Positions 50,941 to 60,056 of a DNA stretch of 64,000 nt are shown in pieces. The notes beneath the pieces were generated by a model. It searched no databases. It was not told where the DNA came from and worked only from the letters and a program-made list of their open reading frames with translations. The translations under genes were made by a program, and so were the position numbers. Position 1 is the first letter of the stretch. The number at the start of each line of letters is the position of its first letter. This stretch comes from Acidovorax sp. GTDB lineage: Bacteria; Pseudomonadota; Gammaproteobacteria; Burkholderiales; Burkholderiaceae_C. The stretch lies in NCBI RefSeq assembly GCF_021287135.1, contig NZ_JAJTBB010000070.1, positions 4,990 to 68,989 of the forward strand, given 5' to 3'.

Positions 50941-51912
50941 ATGGACCTCAAGCAGATCGAATACTTTGTGCGCGTGGCCGAGTTGGGCAGCTTCACGCGC
51001 GCCTCAGTGGTGCTGGACATTGCCCAGCCGGCACTGAGCCGCCAGGTGCGCCTGTTGGAGGTGGAGCTGCGCCAGAACCTGCTGGTGCGCAACGGCCGCG
51101 GCGCCACCCCCACCGAGGCGGGCAAGCTGCTGCTGGAGCATGGGCGCGGCATCCTGCACCAGGTGGAGCGCGCGCGCGAGGAACTGGGCCGCGTGCGCGG
51201 CGCGCTGGCCGGGCGCGTGGCCATCGGCCTGCCGCCCAGCATTGCGAAGGTGCTCACGGTGCCGCTGACCCGCGCCTTCCGCGTGAAGCTGCCGGACGCG
51301 GCCCTGGCCATCAGCGAGGGGCTGTCGGTGGCCATGCGCGAATCGCTGACCACGGGCCTCCTGGACATTGCGCTGCTCTACAACACCACGCCGGCGCCGG
51401 GCATCGACACGACAGCGCTGCTGGAGGAAGACCTGTTCCTGGTGCAGCGCCGGGTGCCAGGCCAGAGCGAGGCAGAGGCCGGCGCCCTGGCCCGCACGCC
51501 CCTGCCGCTGGACGAGCTGCCGCGCTTTCCGCTGGTGATTCCCACCCGCCCCAACTCCATCCGCATGCTGGTGGAGTCGGAGTTGGCCGCACGCGGCAAG
51601 CGCCCGCAGATCAGCCTGGAGATCGATGGCGTGGCCGCCATCCTGGACCTGGTGGCCGACGGCGCGGGCTGTGCCGTGCTGCCTATGAACGCCGTCACCA
51701 CCTCGGGCAAGCCGGAGGTGTTCAGCACCCGGCCCATCCACGGCGCGAGCGACGACAGCGGTGACACCGGCGAGGGCGACGACGGCAACGCCCGGCTGCG
51801 CAGCAAGCTCTACATGGCTGTCAGTTCGCAGCGGCCGGCCACGCTGACGCAGCAAGCAATGGCGGAGTTGATTCGAACGACATTGATGGCGCTGTACAAG
51901 ACGCCGGGTTGA
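50941..51912 (+). CDS. LysR-family transcriptional regulator (divergent from lig operon)
   Basis: ORF trimmed to Met14 (MDLKQIEYFVRVAELGSFTRASVVLDIAQPALSRQVRLLE). The substrate-binding domain carries an acidic insertion (ASDDSGDTGEGDDGN). Confidence 0.88.
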   Translation: MDLKQIEYFVRVAELGSFTRASVVLDIAQPALSRQVRLLEVELRQNLLVRNGRGATPTEAGKLLLEHGRGILHQVERAREELGRVRGALAGRVAIGLPPSIAKVLTVPLTRAFRVKLPDAALAISEGLSVAMRESLTTGLLDIALLYNTTPAPGIDTTALLEEDLFLVQRRVPGQSEAEAGALARTPLPLDELPRFPLVIPTRPNSIRMLVESELAARGKRPQISLEIDGVAAILDLVADGAGCAVLPMNAVTTSGKPEVFSTRPIHGASDDSGDTGEGDDGNARLRSKLYMAVSSQRPATLTQQAMAELIRTTLMALYKTPG

Positions 51913-51948
51913 TGCTTGTTCACGGGGGTTTCGTGCAGCAGCGGCGGC

Positions 51949-51978
51949 GTCGGGTTACGCTGCGCTAACCCGACCTAC
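51949..51978. repeat. REP-like palindromic element
   Basis: GTCGGGTTAcgctgcgcTAACCCGACctac. 9-bp stem, with the shape of a classic proteobacterial REP. Confidence 0.55.
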
Positions 51979-52030
51979 AGGCCTGGCAAGGCGCCGCTCT
52001 CGTGTCAGGGGCTGACAGCGATTCGCAGGC

Positions 52031-52945
52031 TCAGCCTTTCGCGGACTTGACGGGCAAGCTGCCCAGCACCCGGTCCGCATAGTCCTGCCAGCGCGCGTCC
52101 TTCGGTAGATCGGCAAACACCCCGGCACGCGTCAGGTCGGCCACCCACTGCTGCTTGGCAGCGATGGCCGAGGCCATCAGCGGCTCCATGCCGGCCTCGT
52201 GCACCGTGTGGGCCGATTCGCGCATCTCCTCAGCGCGGCGCTGGCCGTGCTGCACCACGCGGCCGAAGAAGTAGCGGCCCTGTTCATGCCAGTCGATGGA
52301 GGGAAAGGTCTCGGCCAGCGTGGGCAGCACGTGGTCTTCCACACCGTAGTGGCGGGCCGTGGCGTAGCTCTCGACCACCAGCGCCTCCAGCCCCTTGATC
52401 ATGATGCTGCGGCACATCTTGATGGCGCTGGCCACGCCCAGTTGCTCGCTCACAGGCTGGGCATCCATGCCCCAGCCCGCCAGCACGGCCGCCAATGCGG
52501 TGGCCTGCGGCCCGCCCAGCAGCATGGGCACGCGGATGCCGTAGGGCGGCACCGAGGTCATGACGCCCGCCTCGACGTAGTGCGCGCCCCGCGCCTCAAT
52601 GAGCGCAGCGGCCTGCTGCTTGGTGCCGGGCGATGCGGAGTTCAGGTCCAGGAACACGGTGCCGGGGCGGATGTGCTGCGCGGCCTCCTGCGCCACGGCC
52701 AGCGTGTTCGATGCGGTGACGGCCGAGACGATGCCGTCGCAGCGCGCGCACAGCGCCTGCATGGATTCCACCGCCACCACGCCGGCCTGCGCGGCGTGCA
52801 TCCGCATGGCGTCGCGTTGCGCGGGGTCGGCCAGCTTCAGGTCCCACGCGGCGACGGAGGCCACGCCGGGCTGGACACGCAAGCCTGCGCTGAAGATCTT
52901 GCCCACCTCGCCATAGCCCACGAGGCCGATGTGTGTGATGTTCAT
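52031..52945 (-). CDS. NAD(P)-dependent oxidoreductase (6-phosphogluconate-dehydrogenase-like N-domain + DUF1932-like C-domain)
   Basis: ORF trimmed to Met30 (MNITHIGLVGYGEVGKIFSAGL). 304 aa. Confidence 0.7.
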   Translation of the reverse strand: MNITHIGLVGYGEVGKIFSAGLRVQPGVASVAAWDLKLADPAQRDAMRMHAAQAGVVAVESMQALCARCDGIVSAVTASNTLAVAQEAAQHIRPGTVFLDLNSASPGTKQQAAALIEARGAHYVEAGVMTSVPPYGIRVPMLLGGPQATALAAVLAGWGMDAQPVSEQLGVASAIKMCRSIMIKGLEALVVESYATARHYGVEDHVLPTLAETFPSIDWHEQGRYFFGRVVQHGQRRAEEMRESAHTVHEAGMEPLMASAIAAKQQWVADLTRAGVFADLPKDARWQDYADRVLGSLPVKSAKG

Positions 52946-52987
52946 TCGATGTTCCTTTCGTGCGGGTGAACGTTCGATGCACCTGAG

Positions 52988-53047
52988 CCGTTCGGGCTGA
53001 GCCTGTCGAAGCCTCGCGCAACGCTTCGACAAGCTCAGCGCGAACGG
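52988..53047. repeat. family B repeat, inverted pair forming a long palindrome
   Basis: ccgttcgggctgagcctgtcgaagc - 10 nt - gcttcgacaagctcagcgcgaacgg. The same 25-mer type also occurs at 57550 and 62196. Confidence 0.75.
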
Positions 53048-53108
53048 ATTTTTGCGGTTTGGACCCTTCTGGCACCAGCGTCCGGGGCATCGCTGGCTGC
53101 CGTGGGCT

Positions 53109-54086
53109 TCACTGCCTCGCGATCTTGCCCTTGGCGATCACGTCGCTCCAGCGGCGCACGTCGGCCGCCAGGTGCTCGCCCAGCTGCGCGGGGGTGCTGC
53201 CCTGGGCGTTGAGGTTCAGTTCCAGCAGGCGCTTTTTTACGTCGGGCTGGGCCAGCGCGGCCTGCACCTCGCGCGCAAGGCGCTCCACCACGGCGGCGGG
53301 CGTCTTGGCAGGCACGGCCAGGCCGTTCCACGACGTGACGTTGAAGCCCGCGAGCAGCCCGCCGCTTTCGCGCACCGTGGGCACGTCGGGCAGTTGGGGC
53401 GCCCGCTGCGCGCCCATCACGGCCAGGGGGCGCAGGGCCTTGGCGCCGATCTGCGGCATGAGGCCGCCCAGGATGTCGACCATCACGTCGATCTCGCCGC
53501 CCCGCAGCGCCGTGACGATGGGCGGCGTGCCGTTGAAGGGCACCACCTGCGCGTCGATGCCCGCCGTCACCTTGAACAGTTCGGCGGCCAGGTTCTGCGT
53601 GGTGCCGATCTGTGGTGTGCCGATGTTGAGCTGGCCCGGGTGGGCGCGCGCATACGCCAGCAGGTCGGCCAGTGTGCGAAAGCGACCACCCTCTTTCGCC
53701 ACTACGGCCAGGTCGAACGTGGCCAGCAGCGAGACGGGGGCAAAGTCCTTGAGCGTATCGAACGGCAGCGACCGGAACAGCGCCGCACTCACGGCCGTGC
53801 CGCTGCTGACCAGCAGCAGCGTGTGGCCGTCGGGCTCGGCGCGCGCCACCTGCTCGCCCGCCACCACGCCGCCCGCGCTGGGCTTGTTCTCGATGACCAC
53901 GCTCTGGCCCAGCGGGCCGGCGATCTTCTGGCCCACGGTGCGCGCCGTGATGTCGGCCGCGCCGCCTGCGGCATTGGGCACGACGATGCGCAGCGGGCGC
54001 GATGGAAAAGCGGCCTGCGCGCTGGCCGCACCGCCGAAGGATGCTGCCAGCCAGGCCAGGAGGGTTCTGCGGTGCACGGCCTGCAT
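53109..54086 (-). CDS. Bug-family (TctC-like) tripartite tricarboxylate transporter substrate-binding protein
   Basis: Signal peptide, then FPSRPLRIVVPNAAGGAADITAR...ENKPSAGG. 325 aa. Begins 8 nt after the ABC ATPase gene. Confidence 0.88.
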   Translation of the reverse strand: MQAVHRRTLLAWLAASFGGAASAQAAFPSRPLRIVVPNAAGGAADITARTVGQKIAGPLGQSVVIENKPSAGGVVAGEQVARAEPDGHTLLLVSSGTAVSAALFRSLPFDTLKDFAPVSLLATFDLAVVAKEGGRFRTLADLLAYARAHPGQLNIGTPQIGTTQNLAAELFKVTAGIDAQVVPFNGTPPIVTALRGGEIDVMVDILGGLMPQIGAKALRPLAVMGAQRAPQLPDVPTVRESGGLLAGFNVTSWNGLAVPAKTPAAVVERLAREVQAALAQPDVKKRLLELNLNAQGSTPAQLGEHLAADVRRWSDVIAKGKIARQ

Positions 54087-54094
54087 GGCAAACG

Positions 54095-54820
54095 CTACCG
54101 TGCCACGCCCAGCAGCCGGTCCAGCAGCTCGGGCTGGGCGCTGAGCTCAGCGGCGCTGCCGGTGTGCACCACGGTGCCCCGGTCCAGCACGGCGGCATGG
54201 TCCGAGATGGCCAGGATGGCCTGCGGATGCTGCTCCACGATGATGGCCGACAGGCCCTCCTCGCGCGTGATGCGGCGAATGGCACGCAGCAGCTCTTCCA
54301 CGATGATGGGCGCCAGGCCCTCGAGCGGCTCGTCCAGCAGCAGCAGGCGCGGGTTCAGCACCAGCGCGCGGCCCACGGCCAGCATTTGCTGCTCGCCACC
54401 GGACAGCTGCGTGCCCAGGTTGGTCTTGCGCTCGGCCAGGCGCGGGAACATTTCGTACACGCGCTCGGGCGTCCACTGCCGCGCGGTGGAGCCCTGGCGC
54501 GCCGGGCGCGCCACGGCCGTGAGGTTCTCGTGCACCGTGAGCGACTTGAAGATGTTGCGCTCTTGTGGCACCCAGCCGATGCCGGCCGCCGCGCGCTCGT
54601 GCGGCGGCAGCTTGTGCAGGGCCACACCGCCCAGGCTCACCGTGCCCGCGTGCTGGCGCGTGGCGCCGGCCAGGGTGTTGATGAGCGTGGTCTTACCCGT
54701 GCCGTTGCGGCCCAGCAGAGCCAGCGTGTCGCCTTCGGGCAGGGCCAGCGAAATGCCTTGCAGCACCACGGCCTCGCCATAGCCCGCGCTCAGGCCTTCG
54801 ATGCGCAGCAGCTCAGACAT
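54095..54820 (-). CDS. branched-chain-type ABC transporter ATP-binding protein (LivF-like)
   Basis: ORF trimmed to MSELLRIEGLSAGYG. Walker A GRNGTGKTT, signature LSGGEQQML, Walker B LLLLDEP. Confidence 0.9.
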   Translation of the reverse strand: MSELLRIEGLSAGYGEAVVLQGISLALPEGDTLALLGRNGTGKTTLINTLAGATRQHAGTVSLGGVALHKLPPHERAAAGIGWVPQERNIFKSLTVHENLTAVARPARQGSTARQWTPERVYEMFPRLAERKTNLGTQLSGGEQQMLAVGRALVLNPRLLLLDEPLEGLAPIIVEELLRAIRRITREEGLSAIIVEQHPQAILAISDHAAVLDRGTVVHTGSAAELSAQPELLDRLLGVAR

Positions 54821-55586
54821 GCGCGTCCTCCCCATGGCCCAGGTACACGGCTTTCACCTGCGCGTCGTTGGCGATGGTTTCGGGGTCGCCTTCGGTGAGC
54901 ACGGTGCCGTTGACCAGCACCGTCATGCGGTTGGCAAAACTGAAAACCAGGTCCATATCGTGTTCGATCAACAGCACCGACACATCGGCGGGCAAGGCGG
55001 CCACCGTCTGCAGCAGCTCCTCGCGCTCGCCTGCCGGCACACCGGCCACGGGCTCGTCCAGCAGCAGCACGCGCGGCTCGCAGGCCAGCGCAATGGCGAT
55101 CTCCAGCAGGCGGCGCTTGCCGTAGGCCAGCACGCGGGTTTCCTCGGCCATCACCGAGGTCAGGTGGAACTGCTCCAGCAGTTGTTCGCAGCGCTCGGTA
55201 ACGGCCTTGCGCGCGCCCAGCGGCTGCCACCACTTGCCGCCCAGGCCCTGGTGCTGCGAGACGGTGAGCGCCAGCGTCTCCAGCGGCGTGAGCGTGTCGA
55301 ACAGCTGGTTGATCTGGAAGGTGCGCACCATGCCGCGTTGCACGCGCTGGTGCGGCGCCAGGCGCGTGATGTCCTGGCCTTCGAGCGTGATGGAACCTTC
55401 GGTGGGCTCCAGCACGCCGGTCAGCAGGTTGATGAGCGTGGTCTTGCCCGCGCCGTTGGGGCCAATGAGCGCATGGCGCGCGCCCTTGTGCAGGTTCAGC
55501 GTGACGTTGTTGGTGGCCGTGATGCCGCCAAAACGCTTGACCAGGCCCTGCGCCGACAGCACGGTGGTGGAGTGGTTGGTGTTCAT
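54813..55586 (-). CDS. branched-chain-type ABC transporter ATP-binding protein (LivG-like)
   Basis: ORF trimmed to MNTNHSTTVLSAQGLVKRFGG. Walker A GPNGAGKTT, signature-like YGKRRLLEIA, Walker B LLLLDEP. Confidence 0.9.
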   Translation of the reverse strand: MNTNHSTTVLSAQGLVKRFGGITATNNVTLNLHKGARHALIGPNGAGKTTLINLLTGVLEPTEGSITLEGQDITRLAPHQRVQRGMVRTFQINQLFDTLTPLETLALTVSQHQGLGGKWWQPLGARKAVTERCEQLLEQFHLTSVMAEETRVLAYGKRRLLEIAIALACEPRVLLLDEPVAGVPAGEREELLQTVAALPADVSVLLIEHDMDLVFSFANRMTVLVNGTVLTEGDPETIANDAQVKAVYLGHGEDAHV

Positions 55587-55587
55587 G

Positions 55588-56586
55588 TCAGTGGCCTCCT
55601 GCGCTGGAGGCAGCGCCGGGCTTGCGCCCGGCGCCAAGCCAGGTCCAGGGGCGGAACAGGCGGTCGCGCCCCACCAGCACCAGCACCACCAGGAACAGGC
55701 CGACCCAGAAGGTCCAGTACTGCGGCGTGATCGACGAGATCACGTCCTGCAGCAGCTTGAAACCGATGGCGCCGAGGATGCCGCCGTACAGCCAGCCCAC
55801 GCCGCCAATCACCAGGATCAGCAACACGTCGGCGGAGCGGTGGAACTCAAACAGGTCGAGCGAGGCAAAGCCCGTGGTCTGCGTGAGCAGCGCGCCCGCA
55901 GCCCCGGCCAGCGCCGCAGCCAGCGTGTACACCTGCGCCAGCTTGGCCGTTACCGGGATGCCGATGGCCATGGCGCGCAGGCGGTTGTCGCGAATGGCCT
56001 TGAGCGTGGCACCAAACGGCGACTGCACGATGCGGCGCGCCAGCAGGAAGAACACCAGCAGCACGGTGAGCGAATACCACGCGGCCGTGCGGCCGTACAG
56101 GTCGAACTCGAACTTGCCGAGCAGCGGCCCGATCACCACGCCCTGCAAGCCGTCCGCCCCGCCGGTCAGCCAGTCGAGCTTGTTGGCCAGCTCCAGCATC
56201 ACCAGGCCCACGCCCAGCGTGACCATGAGCCGGGTGAGGTCAGTGCCGCGCAGGATGGTGAACGACGCCACCACGCCCAGCACCGTGGCCGCGCCCATGC
56301 CCACGGCCAGGCCTACCAGCGGGTCGGGCATCACATGCTTGGCAAACAGCGCGGCCGCGTAGCCACCCAGACCGAAGAAGGCCGCGTGGCCCAGCGAGAC
56401 GATGCCGGTGTAGCCCAGGATCAGGTCCAGCGAGAGGGCGAACAGCGCCACGATGGCGATCTCGTTGATGATGAGCGCATGGCTGGGCAGCGCGAGCGGC
56501 GCGGCGAAGGCCAGCAGCCAGAGCACGGGCTCCCACCAGCGGAAGCGCCGGGCCTGCAGCAAGGTGTTTTGCGCGTCCGCCATCAC
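55588..56586 (-). CDS. branched-chain-type ABC transporter permease (LivM-like)
   Basis: 332-aa polytopic protein. Motif LILGYTGIVSLGHAAFFGLGGY. Confidence 0.88.
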   Translation of the reverse strand: MMADAQNTLLQARRFRWWEPVLWLLAFAAPLALPSHALIINEIAIVALFALSLDLILGYTGIVSLGHAAFFGLGGYAAALFAKHVMPDPLVGLAVGMGAATVLGVVASFTILRGTDLTRLMVTLGVGLVMLELANKLDWLTGGADGLQGVVIGPLLGKFEFDLYGRTAAWYSLTVLLVFFLLARRIVQSPFGATLKAIRDNRLRAMAIGIPVTAKLAQVYTLAAALAGAAGALLTQTTGFASLDLFEFHRSADVLLILVIGGVGWLYGGILGAIGFKLLQDVISSITPQYWTFWVGLFLVVLVLVGRDRLFRPWTWLGAGRKPGAASSAGGH

Positions 56587-57455
56587 TTGCCCCCCTTGCG
56601 CACAAAGAGGCCCTGCGGGCGCCAGATGAGGATCAGGATCATGAGGCTGTACACGATGAAAGCGCCCAGCTTGGGGATGTAGTACTTGCCCGCCACGTCG
56701 GCAATGCCCAGCAGCAGCGCGGCCAGCAGCGGGCCGGTGATGGACGAGGTGCCGCCCACGGCCACCACGATCAAAAAGTAGATCATGAACTTGAGCGGGA
56801 AGCTCGGGTCGAGCCCCAGCACTTCAGCGCCCAGCGCACCGCCCAAGCCCGCCAGGCCGGAGCCAAAAGCGAAGGTGGACAGGAACACGATGTTCACGTT
56901 GATGCCCATGCCCGCGGCCACGCGCTGGTCGTCCACGCTGGCGCGCAGGCGGCTGCCGAAGCGGGTTTTGGTGAGCACGTACTGCAGGCCCACCGTCAGC
57001 GCCGCACACACCGCGATAATGAACAGTCGGTAGTGCCCCATGCCCAGCATGAAGGCGCCGCTGCCGATCTCGGTGCGGCCCTTGAGCCATTCGGGCAACT
57101 GCATGATCTGCTGCGTGGAACCCACGAAGTAGTCCACGCTGGCCACGGCCATGAACACCAGGCCGATGGAGAACAGCACCTGGTCCAGGTGGGGCTTGTG
57201 GTACAGCGGGCGGTACAGCGTGCGTTCCAGCACGCCGCCCAGCAGGGCCGTGCCCACAAAGGCAATCGGCAGGCAGACGAGAAAGGGCACATTCAGCCGC
57301 TGCATCAGCAGCACCGTGATGTACCCCCCCGCCATGGCAAAGGCGCCATGCGCGAGGTTGATGAAGTTCATCAGCCCCATGGTCACCGCCAGGCCCACCG
57401 CCAGGATGAACAGCAGCATGCCGTACGCCACGCCGTCGAAAAGAATGGTCAGCAT
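56583..57455 (-). CDS. branched-chain-type ABC transporter permease (LivH-like)
   Basis: 290 aa. MLTILFDGVAYGMLLFILAVGLAVTMGLMNFINLAHGAF. Confidence 0.88.
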   Translation of the reverse strand: MLTILFDGVAYGMLLFILAVGLAVTMGLMNFINLAHGAFAMAGGYITVLLMQRLNVPFLVCLPIAFVGTALLGGVLERTLYRPLYHKPHLDQVLFSIGLVFMAVASVDYFVGSTQQIMQLPEWLKGRTEIGSGAFMLGMGHYRLFIIAVCAALTVGLQYVLTKTRFGSRLRASVDDQRVAAGMGINVNIVFLSTFAFGSGLAGLGGALGAEVLGLDPSFPLKFMIYFLIVVAVGGTSSITGPLLAALLLGIADVAGKYYIPKLGAFIVYSLMILILIWRPQGLFVRKGGK

Positions 57456-57549
57456 GAAATCACTTCATTGAAGACATAAATGGACCACTGCGCTGGGGCT
57501 GTGGTAGTGCCGGGCCTACCGAGGCTGTGCGCTCAACAAACTCGCCCTG

Positions 57550-57574
57550 GCTTCGACAGGCTCAGCCCGAACGG
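57550..57574 (+). repeat. family B repeat, single copy
   Basis: gcttcgacaggctcagcccgaacgg, within the 282-bp gap between the binding-protein and permease genes. Confidence 0.7.
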
Positions 57575-57700
57575 TTGTGGGGGCCATGCAGGGATGCGCC
57601 ACACATGCAGCGCCCCGAATCAGAATCCCTCTCGCAGAAACTGGCGCGCCCCGAGGCCAGTGCCACCGTGGAACTGGCTCTGCCAGGCCACCGGTGGCGT

Positions 57701-57737
57701 CCCCCTGTAGGGGGAAGGCGCGCAGCGCCTCAGGGGG
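57701..57737. repeat. GC-rich double hairpin element (family C) directly 3' of the binding-protein gene
   Basis: CCCCCtgtaGGGGG aAGGCGCgcaGCGCCTcaggggg. Abuts the TAA stop at 57738-57740. Confidence 0.45.
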
Positions 57738-58925
57738 TTACTTCGTCTTCCCGGGATCCTTCACGTCCTTGATGACGTCGAACTCCACGTTGTACAGCTG
57801 GCCGTTCACGCGCTCGACCTTGCGCAGGTACACGTCCTGCACGATGTCGCGCGTCTGCGCGTCGATGAACACCTTGCCGCGCGGGCTCTCGAAGACCTGG
57901 CCCTTCATGGCGGCCAGCAGCGCGTCGCCACCGCCGGCGCCCTTGCTGGTCTTGAGCGCTTCATAGATCACGCGCATGCCGTCGTAGCCGCCCACAGCCA
58001 TGAAGTTGGGGCGCAGGCCCTTGTTGGCCTTCTCGAACGCTTCCACAAACTTCTTGTTCAGGGGAGAGGGGTGCGCGGCCGAGTAGTGGTGCGAGGTGAC
58101 CACGCCCAGGGCGCCGTCGCCCATGTCGTTGAGCTGGTCATCGTCCGTCACGTCGCCGGTGGCGATCAGCTTGATGCCGGCCTTGTCCATGCCGCGCTCC
58201 AGGAACTGCTTCATCACCGCGGCGCCCGCGCCCGAAGGCACGAAGACGAACAGCGCATCGGGCTTGGCGTCGCGCACCTTTTGCAGGAAGGGGGCGAAGT
58301 CGGGGTTGCGCAGCGGCACGCGCAGGGCTTCGGTCACCTGGCCGCCGTTGAACGTGAGGCGCTGGTTGAAGAACTTCTCGGCGTCGATGCCGGGGCCGTA
58401 GTCGCTCACCAGCGTGACCACCTTCTTGATGCCGTTCTTGGGCGCCCAGTCGGCCAGGGCCACGGACACCTGCGGCAGCGTGAAGCTGGTGCGCACCACG
58501 TAGGGCGAGGCTTCGGTGATGCTGGAAGTGGCAGCGGCCATCACCACCAGCGGCGTCTTGGACTGCGTGGCCAGCGGGGCGGTAGCCATGGCCGAGGGCG
58601 TGATGCCCATGCCGGCCAGCACGTTCACCTTTTCGTTGACGACCAGTTCCTGCGCGAGGCGGCGGGTCACATCGGGCAGGCTGGTGTCGTCCTTGACGAT
58701 GAGCTGCACTTTCTTGCCCGCCACCGTGTCGCCGTTCTGCGCCATGTACAGGCGCGCCGCGGCCTCGATCTGGCGGCCCGTGGTGGCCTGCTGGCCGGTC
58801 ATGGGCAGGATCAGGCCGATCTTGAACACGTTGCTGTCCTGGGCGGCCGCGGGCAGCGCGGCCAAGCCGCTTGCCAGGGTCAGGATCGCAGCCGCAGAGG
58901 CCCGCAGAAGATGGCGTTTTTGCAT
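57738..58925 (-). CDS. ABC transporter substrate-binding protein (Leu/Ile/Val-binding fold, family 4)
   Basis: Signal peptide MQKRHLLRASAAAILTLASGLAALPAAAQ, then FKIGLILPMTGQQATTGRQ. 395 aa. Confidence 0.88.
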   Translation of the reverse strand: MQKRHLLRASAAAILTLASGLAALPAAAQDSNVFKIGLILPMTGQQATTGRQIEAAARLYMAQNGDTVAGKKVQLIVKDDTSLPDVTRRLAQELVVNEKVNVLAGMGITPSAMATAPLATQSKTPLVVMAAATSSITEASPYVVRTSFTLPQVSVALADWAPKNGIKKVVTLVSDYGPGIDAEKFFNQRLTFNGGQVTEALRVPLRNPDFAPFLQKVRDAKPDALFVFVPSGAGAAVMKQFLERGMDKAGIKLIATGDVTDDDQLNDMGDGALGVVTSHHYSAAHPSPLNKKFVEAFEKANKGLRPNFMAVGGYDGMRVIYEALKTSKGAGGGDALLAAMKGQVFESPRGKVFIDAQTRDIVQDVYLRKVERVNGQLYNVEFDVIKDVKDPGKTK

Positions 58926-58947
58926 CGTTGTCTCCGGTGGAAATAAT

Positions 58948-58959
58948 CGTTGTATACAG
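58948..58959 (-). promoter_or_regulatory. candidate VanR (GntR-type) operator O1 upstream of the ABC binding-protein gene
   Basis: Minus-strand read CTGTATACAACG, identical over 12 nt to the motif upstream of vanA. Lies 23-34 nt upstream of the ATG. Confidence 0.5.
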
Positions 58960-59059
58960 GACGGTGGCGCAGTCTGGCGCGGCTCGCGTTATTGCACAAG
59001 AGCAAATTCGAGCATTCAGGTATCGATAAACAGCATACCTCCGCCCGCCCGGCCGCTCT

Positions 59060-59854
59060 TCAACGGATGAGTTGCACGCCCGGCAGGCCGCGCACATGGG
59101 GCGCCTGCCCGGCGGCCAGCAGGTTGCGGCGGGTGATGCGCGAATGCTCGCGCAGGATGGCCTCGGCCCGGCCGCCCTCGCGCCGTTCGATGGCATCGAT
59201 GGCTTGCCGGTGCTGGTCTTGCGCCACCACCAGCATGTCCCGCGCTTGGCGCGAATGCGCCTGCACCACCACAAAGGCCGAGGGCGACGCAAACGGCAGG
59301 CCCTTGACCCGCTCCAGCTCGCGCGCCACCACCTCGCTGCCCACCATGCGGCTGAGCAGCGCGTGGAACTGGGCATTGAGGTCCACATAGCGTGAGAAGC
59401 CCTCGTCGTCGAGCGTGGGCGGCGCGAGCGTGGCGTCGATGGCGTCCAGGCAGGCGTGCGCCTCCTGCAGCAGCTCGGGCGCCACGCCCCGTTCGGCCGC
59501 CAGGCGGGCGGCCAGCCCTTCCATGGTGCCGCGCAGTTCGATCGCGTCGGCCACATCGGTTTCCGAGAAGGTGCGCACGGCATAGCCGCCGCCGGGCAGG
59601 CGGTGCAGCAGGCCTTCCTGCTCCAGCCGCATCAGCGCGGCGCGAATGGGCGTGCGCGACACGCCCAGCGCCTCGACCAGGGCCAGCTCCGCCACCCGCG
59701 CGCCGCCCGGCAGGGCGCCGGCCAGGATCATCTCGCGCAGCCGCAGCTGCGCCTTGACGGACTGCGAGGCCCCGGCTTCGGCAGCAGCAGGCTGGGGCAA
59801 AGGCGGGGCGGTCAGGCGGTCTTCGGCAGCAGCAGGGGAAAGAGTGGCAGGCAT
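59060..59854 (-). CDS. vanR: GntR/FadR-family transcriptional regulator (VanR-like)
   Basis: ORF trimmed to Met11 (MPATLSPAAAE). wHTH region ELALVEALGVSRTPIRAALMRLEQEGLL plus an FCD domain. Divergent from vanAB. Confidence 0.8.
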   Translation of the reverse strand: MPATLSPAAAEDRLTAPPLPQPAAAEAGASQSVKAQLRLREMILAGALPGGARVAELALVEALGVSRTPIRAALMRLEQEGLLHRLPGGGYAVRTFSETDVADAIELRGTMEGLAARLAAERGVAPELLQEAHACLDAIDATLAPPTLDDEGFSRYVDLNAQFHALLSRMVGSEVVARELERVKGLPFASPSAFVVVQAHSRQARDMLVVAQDQHRQAIDAIERREGGRAEAILREHSRITRRNLLAAGQAPHVRGLPGVQLIR

Positions 59855-59863
59855 GGCGCTGAA

Positions 59864-59876
59864 ATGTATACACAAC
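59864..59876 (+). promoter_or_regulatory. candidate VanR operator O2 (autoregulatory position)
   Basis: aTGTATACAcaac, 10 nt upstream of the vanR ATG. Confidence 0.4.
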
Positions 59877-59969
59877 AAACCCAAAAAGCCAGTTTCGCAC
59901 GCCCAGCAGCCTGAAAAATCAATTACTTACAGGTATCTCATTCTTCAATAACTGCTTTGTCGTTTTTTT

Positions 59970-59981
59970 CTGTATACAACG
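59970..59981 (+). promoter_or_regulatory. candidate VanR operator O3 upstream of vanA
   Basis: CTGTATACAACG, 76 nt upstream of the vanA ATG, in an AT-rich promoter-like stretch. Confidence 0.5.
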
Positions 59982-60056
59982 CACAGCGGTTTCCCCACAA
60001 TCGCTCCAGCGGCGCAACCCCATTGCGCTCCATCCCACGACCTGGAGAGAGACAAC

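Noticed and set aside
52946-53032. Upstream extension of the oxidoreductase ORF (MSKRCARLRQAQPERLRCIE...) and similar LRQAQ(P/R)ER peptides at 57527 and 62176
   Set aside because: These are translations of the family B repeat, not coding sequence.
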